Source: an uncultured delta proteobacterium (GTDB lineage: Bacteria > Myxococcota_A > Polyangia > Polyangiales > Polyangiaceae). From it: DNA of 64,000 bases. The notes under the pieces are model-generated. The model saw only the letters and a program-made list of their open reading frames with translations. It ran no database searches and had not been told where the DNA came from. The translations under genes were made by a program, and so were the position numbers. The stretch covers positions 704,001 through 768,000 of the forward strand of contig CAWKKR010000001.1 in assembly GCA_963850305.1 (NCBI GenBank). The letters run 5' to 3'. Positions 56,987 to 64,000 of this stretch are shown one piece after another (position 1 is the stretch's first letter; each line of letters opens with the position of its first letter).

Positions 56987-58663
56987 GATCGCGGCGAAAA
57001 ATGCCGCCGGTGAAGCCGGATCCTAGCGTGGGCCGCGCGCGCGATCGAGGCTCGCGCGCGGCGAGGGGCGGAAGTCGACGACTAGGACACGGAAGGGCTG
57101 AATTTCTGGTCGACTGCGCACACCTTCGCGCTGCGCGCGAGTCGCCAGGGACGCGGAAGCGATGGGCGACAGCTACGTCGGGGCGGCGATCAGGTGGCGC
57201 GCGAGGATCAGCAGATTGCAGGCGAGCACCGAGCCTCCGACGTACGCGCGGAACGAAGCGAAGCCGCTCCAGGTGCAGCGGTCGAGGCCGAAGGCGCGCT
57301 TGAGAAAGGATATTCCTGCTTCGATGCCGGCTCGGAAGTGTCGAAGCTTTCGAAAGACCGACGTCGACTTGACCATCTCGGTGATGCGCATGCCGCAGGG
57401 TTTGCTGAAGCCGACGTCCCTGACGCCAAGCGCCTTGATCTCGGCCAGGTTCCTGCGCGACGCGAAGCCGCCGTCGAAGCTCACCTGACGCGGGGGTTTT
57501 CCGAACAGCGCGCAGTGGCTCTCCACCATCTTCGTCGCCAGCGTCACGTCGGCGGGGTTTCCTTTTTCGACGACGACAGTCGTCACCAGTCCCGATGCTC
57601 CCGTCGTGAGGCAGACCTTGTGCCCGTAGACCGCTCCTCGGTTGTCCTTGACGATGATGTCGGTGTGCGGCTCGAAGATCGACACGATCTTGTCCGAGGC
57701 AGGAACTGATTCCCCGCCGAGCACACGACGTTTCGTCTGGTTGATCACGCGCGAAGCGAGATCGCCATAGTGGCGCAGCTCCGCGGCGATGGCGGTCGCG
57801 CGCAGCATCTGCATCATGTCGGTGGCCTTCACGCCATCGAGACGCTCAGCGATCCGCTTCGCCTGCTCCGCGGTTTCCACGGTCACCTTCAAAAGGTCTC
57901 GATAGAGCGGGATTCTTCGCTCCATTCTTTTCGCGGTGAGAATGGCCACCATTCGGCGCTTTGCGCGGCGCCGTCGGTCGTTGAACGACATTCCGAACTC
58001 CTCGCGTGCCGTCTCCATCCCCCGAGCCAGTACGCGCACCGAGTCCCAGAGCAGGGTCGAATCGGTCGGGTCGTGGACATCCGACTCGATGGCAGTGCAG
58101 TCGGTCCGGATCCTGTCGCCGGTCTCAACGCCGGCCGCGACAGCGCTCCGAATAACCATGTCGTTGATTGCCGCCCACGTCTCCGCTCGCACCCGCTTGA
58201 TACTCTTCTGCAGGGTGGACTTCTTCGGTGGACGGTCGCCGATGCCCATGCGACAGAACCACCGGTAGCAGCTGGAGTCGGCGAGGTGGAACGCGAGTTG
58301 GTCGTAGCTGAAGCCATTCATCTGCTTGACGAGCATGGCGCGCAAGACCTGTTCCGCCGGCATGCCCTTGCGTCCGAGCCGCTTCGTCTTCGGGTGGACG
58401 AGATCGGCATGCACGAACTCGGCCGCCAAAGGCATGCAGTCGAGCAGTCCGCTGATCCGTTTCAATTCCTCGGCGTGGGCATGCTCGATGATGGTTGGAA
58501 CGAGCCGGGCTTGAAGGTGTATTCTCTCGCGCATCGAGGTCCTCGTTTTTTCGGTGGTCTTGGCCGACTCCCGACGAAACACGGACCTCGTCCAAATTAT
58601 TTCCATCCTCGCGCGCCACTTCCCCCTTTGTCTTCGCGCACTTCCGAATTTTTCGCCGCGATC
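56987..58663 (-). mobile_element. ISNCY-family IS, copy 2 (inverted relative to copy 1)
   Basis: Same 16-bp TIR; perfect 7-bp TSD TAGACTA. Confidence 0.92.
57173..58534 (-). CDS. DDE transposase (ISNCY)
   Basis: Matches 21055-22416 apart from two amino-acid differences I noticed (S/T, N/K). Confidence 0.9.
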   Translation of the reverse strand: MRERIHLQARLVPTIIEHAHAEELKRISGLLDCMPLAAEFVHADLVHPKTKRLGRKGMPAEQVLRAMLVKQMNGFSYDQLAFHLADSSCYRWFCRMGIGDRPPKKSTLQKSIKRVRAETWAAINDMVIRSAVAAGVETGDRIRTDCTAIESDVHDPTDSTLLWDSVRVLARGMETAREEFGMSFNDRRRRAKRRMVAILTAKRMERRIPLYRDLLKVTVETAEQAKRIAERLDGVKATDMMQMLRATAIAAELRHYGDLASRVINQTKRRVLGGESVPASDKIVSIFEPHTDIIVKDNRGAVYGHKVCLTTGASGLVTTVVVEKGNPADVTLATKMVESHCALFGKPPRQVSFDGGFASRRNLAEIKALGVRDVGFSKPCGMRITEMVKSTSVFRKLRHFRAGIEAGISFLKRAFGLDRCTWSGFASFRAYVGGSVLACNLLILARHLIAAPT

Positions 58664-58682
58664 TAGACTAAGCTGGCGCTCC

Positions 58683-59021
58683 ATGCAGGCCCTCGAAGCC
58701 ACGCTGCCTCCCTTGAAGGAAGATGCCGACGGCGTGCTTCGCGTCGCGGGCACGCGCGTCTCGTTGGACTCCATCGTGGCCGCATTCGACATGGGCGCGA
58801 CGGCCGAGGAAATCGTCGACCGATACCCGTCGGTCGGTCTCGCGAGCGTCTACGAGGTCATCGGCTATGTATTGCGACACCGAGGCGCCATCGACGCGTA
58901 CCTAGCCGATCGCGAGCGTCGGGCTGCGCAGGTCCGGACCGACATTGAAGCGCGCTTCCCGCCGGGTGGGGTTCGCGCTCGCCTGCTCGCTCGGCAGGGC
59001 GGTCCCGGCGCTGCACAATGA
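58683..59021 (+). CDS. DUF433-family antitoxin
   Basis: RVAGTRVSLDSIV...GATAEEI...YPSV.LA.VY. Confidence 0.85.
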   Translation: MQALEATLPPLKEDADGVLRVAGTRVSLDSIVAAFDMGATAEEIVDRYPSVGLASVYEVIGYVLRHRGAIDAYLADRERRAAQVRTDIEARFPPGGVRARLLARQGGPGAAQ

Positions 59022-59371
59022 TTCGCCTCGCTGCGGACGAGGATCTCGACAACGACATCGTGCGAGCCCTGCGCCGGCGCCTGCCCACCGCGGATGTGCT
59101 GCGAGTTCAGGACGCGGGCCTCAGCGGGCACGGCGATCCGGCCGTCCTCGAGTGGGCGGCTACCTCGGGGCGCGTATTGATCACGCATGACGTCTCGACG
59201 ATGACGAAGCACGCCCTCGACCGCTTGCGCGAGGGACGGAGCATGCTTGGCATCATCGTGATCCCTCAGCGAACGGCAATCGGCGCCATCATCGAGGACC
59301 TTGTGCTTCTCGTGACATGCAGCGTGGAGGAGGACCTGGCGGGGCAGGTCCTGTTTCTTCCGCTGCGATGA
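59018..59371 (+). CDS. DUF5615 PIN-like toxin
   Basis: RLAADEDL...GLSG..DP.VLEWA...GRVLITHD; ATGA overlap. Confidence 0.85.
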   Translation: MIRLAADEDLDNDIVRALRRRLPTADVLRVQDAGLSGHGDPAVLEWAATSGRVLITHDVSTMTKHALDRLREGRSMLGIIVIPQRTAIGAIIEDLVLLVTCSVEEDLAGQVLFLPLR

Positions 59372-59531
59372 GTGGAAGCAATCACGAGGATGCGCTGCTT
59401 ATGCGGTGCTCGGCTGAAGCAGCGGAATGGAGCGATCGTCTCCAATGCTGCGACAGGCCGCGTGGGGAGCTTGACCGGTCCCACTGGCCCTTGAATGGAG
59501 CTACCCTTGGTAGAATGGCCAGTGGAGCGCC

Positions 59532-61065
59532 ATGAGCTGCCGCAGGGAGCTTTCGATGGCGCTATGCGGGTTCGCTGCGGGCTGCGGTGGGCGAAGCGGT
59601 CTCGATGTCCCGGGGGCTGCCGCTTCGGCCAGCAGGGACGTCGCGACGGTTAGCGCCGGCCCCGTCGAAGCCGGCTCGTCGTCGAGCGGCGGCGGAATCC
59701 GGCGGGAGCAGTTCCAGCGGCAGAGGCTCAGCATCAGGCTCGAGCTCCAGTTCCGGCTGGAGTAGCGGGCCCACGAGCGACAGCGGAGACTTCAACGGTG
59801 GGCCCGACCGCGTAGCCACCGGTGATGCTGGTTGCTGCAACGCGAAGACGTGTGCCGACTACCCGGCGGGGACCTGCGGAGCGCAGAGCGACGGTTGCGG
59901 CGGCCTGACCCGGATTTGCGGCACGTGCGTCAGTCCTCAGTCCTGCGGGGGCGGCGGCGAGCTGAGCATCTGCGGAGTCGACCCTACGGAAGCGTTCGTC
60001 TACGTTTGCAATCCGATCACCTGCGCCGCGGTCGGCCCCTGTGGCCCGGCGGCAGACGGATGCGGGGGCGTCCTCATGTGCGGCACCTGTCCGCGGGCCG
60101 CGTACTGCAACGGGGGTGGACCGGACGCTGGACAGACGCGTGTCCCGAGGCTGGTGCTGTTCGGCGGGACCGACACTGGAGCGCCTTACAGCGACGGCGA
60201 CGCTCCCCTTGGCGATACCTGGACCTTCGACGGCGCGAGCTGGACCCGGTTCGACGGGATTGGGCCGACAGCGCGCTACGGCCACGCGATGGCGACGCTC
60301 GGCAACGTCGTCGTGATGTTCGGGGGGCTCGTCCTGACGAGCTACTACGGTGAAGTCGCTCTGGGCAATGACACCTGGACGTTCGACGGTACCCAGTGGC
60401 GGCAGGTCGCTAGCACGGGGCCGTCGCCGCGGTGGGACGCGGCGATGGCGACGCTCGGCAAGCACGTCGTGCTCTTCGGCGGAACCACCTACGGCGGCGA
60501 CGACGCGTATGACGATACGTGGACCTTCGATGGAACGAGCTGGACGCAGGTCACGGGCGCGGGCCCTCCAGGACGCTACAGCGCCGGCCTGACGACGGTG
60601 GGAGGCGAAGTGGTCCTCTTCGGTGGCATCGCCAGTCCCCTCGGCTCCCTCGTCCCCGCGTTCTTCAACGACACGTGGACCTTCGACGGCACGACCTGGA
60701 CCCAGGTGGCGAGCGACTCCGGCTCCTCGCCACACCCCCGGTACGCGCCGGCCATGTCGGCTCTGGGCACCCGTGCCTTACTGTTCGGAGGCACCTACGA
60801 CATGAGCTTCCAGCTCGTATTCGTCGACGACCTCTGGACGTTCGACGGCAGCAGCTGGGGGATGAGCATCTTCGACGCTTCCGCCGGACCGCCAGTACGC
60901 CAGTACCCGTCCGTCGCGACGCTGGGAGGGAGCGTCGTTCTTTTTGGAGGCCAGCACTCCACCTTCCTGAACGACACATGGTCCTACGACGGCTCAAGCT
61001 GGACGCAGGTGAACGTGCCTGGGCCGACGGGGCGCGCGGTCGCGGCGATGGCGGCCTTGCCGTAA
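59532..61065 (+). CDS. lipoprotein with Cys-rich repeats and Kelch-like beta-propeller, frameshifted near 59700
   Basis: AAGC lipobox; CG...DGCGG...CG.C; repeated LFGG...DTWTFDG..W. Confidence 0.82.
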
Positions 61066-61149
61066 CCCTCGGCGGCGCGCGGACCGCTCGCCTTCGCGAG
61101 CGCCTGCGCACCCACGTAGGCCAAGCCACGCGCAATAGTAGAGGATCCG

Positions 61150-61281
61150 TGCCGCTCGCGGTAACCTTGTCGACCCGCTGCACGTACGACGCCTTCTCGC
61201 GCACGAGCTGCTTTCGGATGCGCGTCAGGTCTCGCAACGCTTGCTCGCGTCCGGCGCATCGCGAATGCAAAATCTCCACGG
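61150..61281 (-). pseudogene. internally deleted IS110-family transposase remnant
   Basis: EILHSRCAG joined directly to ALRDLTRIRKQLVRE...QRVDK. Confidence 0.55.
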
Positions 61282-61379
61282 GCTCGCAGCACCAAGTTCA
61301 ACCGACCTCGATACCGACGCTAAATGAAGAGTAACTTGTCTTGCTCGGTTCACGCGTTGAGCGTGCGGTCGGCTCGACG

Positions 61380-61634
61380 CGGTCCCCGCTCGTCGGCGGC
61401 TCGGGCTCGCTCTTCGCGCTGCTCGTCGTCGCCGCTACGGTCGACGGCCCGGGGATGCTCGCGTTCGTCACGGTGCTCGTGCTCGCCGTGACGAACATCG
61501 CGCACGCCTTCGGTGCGCCATGCGACGCTGGCGTGAGTTTCGGGTGCCACATCGAGGGCCTCGTCCTCGGAGCGGTCGTCGTCGTGCTGGCGCGCCTGCT
61601 TGGTGGCGATCTCCGCCGTGCTGTCGCTGTCTAA
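61380..61634 (+). pseudogene. rhomboid-like membrane protease C-terminal fragment
   Basis: VGGSGSLFALL and HIEGLVLG motifs. Confidence 0.4.
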
Positions 61635-61781
61635 GCCTTGACGATTTTCAGCGGCACGACTTCGCCAGGTACCGTCAGCAGACCGCGCGCCGCGCGGAGG
61701 AGCGACTCGACCTCGGCTCCGGCCCCAACTCGCGCGAGCGCGGCGGCCTGCTCCAGCAGCGAGGCGGCGGCTTTCCGCCGC

Positions 61782-61805
61782 GCGTTGTCCACTTCGTTGT
61801 CCACC
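61782..61805 (-). promoter_or_regulatory. putative integrase arm-type binding sites, tRNA-proximal end
   Basis: Reverse complement GGTGGACAACGAAGTGGACAACGC matches 8777-8800. Confidence 0.7.
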
Positions 61806-61872
61806 AGCCCCGTCGGCGCGCTCCCCGCCGGCGCGCCGTGCTCCGTGGATTCTTCTTTTATTTCAAGCGGAG

Positions 61873-61955
61873 TGCGAAGGGCGGGACTCGAACCCGCACA
61901 GGAGTAACCCCACTAGCACCTCAAGCTAGCGCGTCTGCCATTCCGCCACCTTCGC
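61873..61955 (-). tRNA. trnL: tRNA-Leu(GAG)
   Basis: GCGAAGG/CCTTCGC acceptor stem, anticodon loop TTGAGGT, long variable arm, GGTTCGAGTCC T-arm; CCA not encoded. Confidence 0.95.
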
Positions 61956-62042
61956 GTGGGGCCGGGCTTGGACGCCCGGGGTCCCGGAAAGTAGGCGGTC
62001 GCGCATCAAAGTCAAGCGGATGCGTCGGGCAACGGGTGGGAA

Positions 62043-63197
62043 TCAGACGGTGGTCTGAGCGATCACCGTGAGGGCTTCCACAATCTCCCGAACCTCGAAG
62101 GGCTTCCGCACCCACGCGGCGATGTTTGGCGCGGCCACGTTGGGCGCCACGGAGCCGCTGATGATGACGACGGGGCATCCAGGGCAACGCTGCTCGATGG
62201 CCGCCAGTACGCTCCCGGGGTTCGTACCGAGCGGCGAGAGGTCGAGGAGGAGGACGTCGAAGACGCCTTGCTGCAGCAGGGCCGTTAGGTCTCCAAGGGA
62301 GCCGGCGTTGCAGACGACGGCTCCCCGCGCAGTGAGCCCGACTTCGACCAGGGTCTGAACGGCCTGGTCATCTTCGAGGACGAGGACGCGCATGCCGTCG
62401 AGGGCGGGCGGAGGGATGCTGCGGTATGCACGCGACGGAGCGTCTCCCACCGGCCAGTCGAGGACGAACTCGCTGCCGGTCGACGCGGTACGACCCAGGA
62501 ACAGACGCCCGCCGTGAGCATCCGCCAGGGACCGTGCGTGGCGCAGACCGATGCCCGCGCCGCCGGGTCGCGTGGAGTCGGGTGACTGGAACAACGACGG
62601 CACACGCGCGGGCTCGATGCCCGGTCCGCCATCGACGACTCGAAAGCGCATGTGGTCGTCGGACGCCTCGACCGCGAGAACCACCGCGCCACCCGCCGGC
62701 GTGAAGTGAACGGCATTGAGTAGCAGGTTGATGAGAATCTGTTGCGCGACGTGCGCGGAATTGACGAGCAGATCGTTCGTCGCATGATCATCGACTCGAA
62801 CGCGAACGGAGCGGCGGGCGGCTTCCTGACCGACGCCGAGCAGCGCGTCGCGGGCCACGGAGAGCGCACTTCGCGCGATATTGCCGCCGTCGATCTCGGC
62901 GCCGATGGCGCGACGTGCGATGTCGTGGCCCAGCCGCGCGTGCGAAAGCGCGACGTCGATCGCGTCGTGCGCCGCGCCCTTCGGTACCTGGTCCTTCGCG
63001 GCGTCGAGCCAGCCGAGCACGACGGTGAGCGTGTTCGATACTTCATGCAGCGCGCCGGCGAGATCTTCGCCAACTCCCTTTGGTGGGGATGCGTGCTCCG
63101 GCCGAACACGTTTCACGGCAGACACACTATTACAGCGGAGCACGATGAACCAGTGGCTGGTTACATCTTCTCTAGTAGACCCTGGCGGGCGCTCCAC
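62043..63197 (-). CDS. hybrid sensor histidine kinase/response regulator
   Basis: LHEVSNTL, NLLLNA, DGGPGI, GAGIGL, C-terminal REC; true start may be later. Confidence 0.85.
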   Translation of the reverse strand: MERPPGSTREDVTSHWFIVLRCNSVSAVKRVRPEHASPPKGVGEDLAGALHEVSNTLTVVLGWLDAAKDQVPKGAAHDAIDVALSHARLGHDIARRAIGAEIDGGNIARSALSVARDALLGVGQEAARRSVRVRVDDHATNDLLVNSAHVAQQILINLLLNAVHFTPAGGAVVLAVEASDDHMRFRVVDGGPGIEPARVPSLFQSPDSTRPGGAGIGLRHARSLADAHGGRLFLGRTASTGSEFVLDWPVGDAPSRAYRSIPPPALDGMRVLVLEDDQAVQTLVEVGLTARGAVVCNAGSLGDLTALLQQGVFDVLLLDLSPLGTNPGSVLAAIEQRCPGCPVVIISGSVAPNVAAPNIAAWVRKPFEVREIVEALTVIAQTTV

Positions 63198-63209
63198 CGA
63201 CGCGGCGCA

Positions 63210-64000
63210 TCATGGGGTCGTGCCGAGGGTGGAGGGGAGCACCAGGTCGAATTTTGCGTCGGGTCCTGTGCGGGTTTCCGCAATCTGCAGGACGGAGCGG
63301 ATACACGGCGCAGGCTTTCCGCTGACCACCGGGCTGCCCGCCGCTGCACAGCTGGGCAGTCCTTGAGGCTGGAGGATGGGGACGCCGTCGGCATCGCGAA
63401 CGACGAATGCCTGGATCAGAGCGCCGGGCACCGGCACCGGGCTCTGGTGACCGACTGGAATTTCGACGATGCCTCGTTCGATGATCGGAAGTGGCATCTG
63501 CAATCGGCCGAGGCTCACGGGCCCGGAGACAGTGATGTCGGGCTTCACGAGCCAGGGAAGATCACTGCCGTCGGGTGGACGGATCGAGACGTCGAAGAGG
63601 GCTCCATCGTCCGGGGTACACCCGCCGCAATCGACACCCGTGAGGTCGAACCTCCCCGCGTCCACGATGCCGCTCGCCGGTTGCGGAACGAACGCGTCGT
63701 CGCCGAGCGCGAGGTCGAGAACGCCGAGCGGCTCGGCCGCACAAGCGCTCGCGTCGATGCCTGATTCGCACCGACGCGTGCCGCTGCTTGCGGGCACGGC
63801 CTTGACGGACGCGACGTCGAGCGCCTTGCCGCCCACGGGCGCCGTCACCGAACCGGTGATGCTTGCCGAAGAGGGCACGAGGATGGTGCGCCCGCTGACT
63901 GCGCCGCAACTGTCGGGGGCGCCCGGCTGGCACGCTACCGTGAGCGACGTCTCGGTCGATGCGAAAGCCGAACCTGCTTGCGGCACGATGCGCACACGAT
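63210..64000 (-). CDS. hypothetical protein, runs off the window
   Basis: Open frame 63210-63995 with beta-rich composition. Confidence 0.55.
   Translation of the reverse strand, partial: RVRIVPQAGSAFASTETSLTVACQPGAPDSCGAVSGRTILVPSSASITGSVTAPVGGKALDVASVKAVPASSGTRRCESGIDASACAAEPLGVLDLALGDDAFVPQPASGIVDAGRFDLTGVDCGGCTPDDGALFDVSIRPPDGSDLPWLVKPDITVSGPVSLGRLQMPLPIIERGIVEIPVGHQSPVPVPGALIQAFVVRDADGVPILQPQGLPSCAAAGSPVVSGKPAPCIRSVLQIAETRTGPDAKFDLVLPSTLGTTP

Larger units (their letters stand above)
8633..61924. mobile_element. ~53 kb integrative genomic island at tRNA-Leu(GAG)
   Basis: Flanking 53-bp direct repeat, adjacent integrase and xis-like gene, arm-type repeats at both ends, dense IS and pseudogene content. 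Confidence 0.9.

Noticed and set aside
20926..58663. Composite transposon bounded by the two ISNCY copies
   Set aside because: Each copy has its own target duplication, indicating independent insertions.
58554..58682. Longer N-terminus for the DUF433 protein
   Set aside because: Mostly inside the IS end; the ATG at 58683 gives a typical length.

Overview
High-GC DNA whose gene content (Cys-rich lipoproteins, DUF4215-type repeats, vWA lipoproteins, ECF sigma/FecR pair) suggests a myxobacterium; this taxonomic call is inference. Many genes carry frameshifts, at least partly likely long-read errors. The main structure is a ~53.2 kb genomic island (8633-61924) integrated at tRNA-Leu(GAG) (61873-61955, minus strand). 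It is bounded by a perfect 53-bp direct repeat of the tRNA 3' part, with matching inverted arm-type repeats inside both ends. A tyrosine integrase reads through the att core, so excision would change its C-terminus (558 aa integrated, 518 aa predicted on the circle). Next to it are an excisionase-like gene, a divergent promoter palindrome and an RHH gene. I saw no phage structural or conjugation genes. Cargo: about 11 secreted Cys/Gly-rich proteins, ECF sigma-FecR, an MFS transporter, two EAL genes, a stand-alone GlnD-like ACT protein and a DUF433/DUF5615 TA pair. Decayed defence-like relics: an orphan type I-E-like CRISPR mini-array, a UvrD-like plus PD-(D/E)xK pair, a PIN fragment and an SNF2 gene. 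IS elements: an IS21 with two extra ORFs, IS66 remnants with a passenger gene, two inverted ISNCY copies, nested ISAs1, IS5 and IS110 fragments and a candidate MITE. The left flank holds an MNT-HEPN pair, a CBS protein, a CheB-CheR-PAS-kinase with NarL regulator and a PAS kinase. The right flank holds a hybrid kinase and a partial hypothetical gene.
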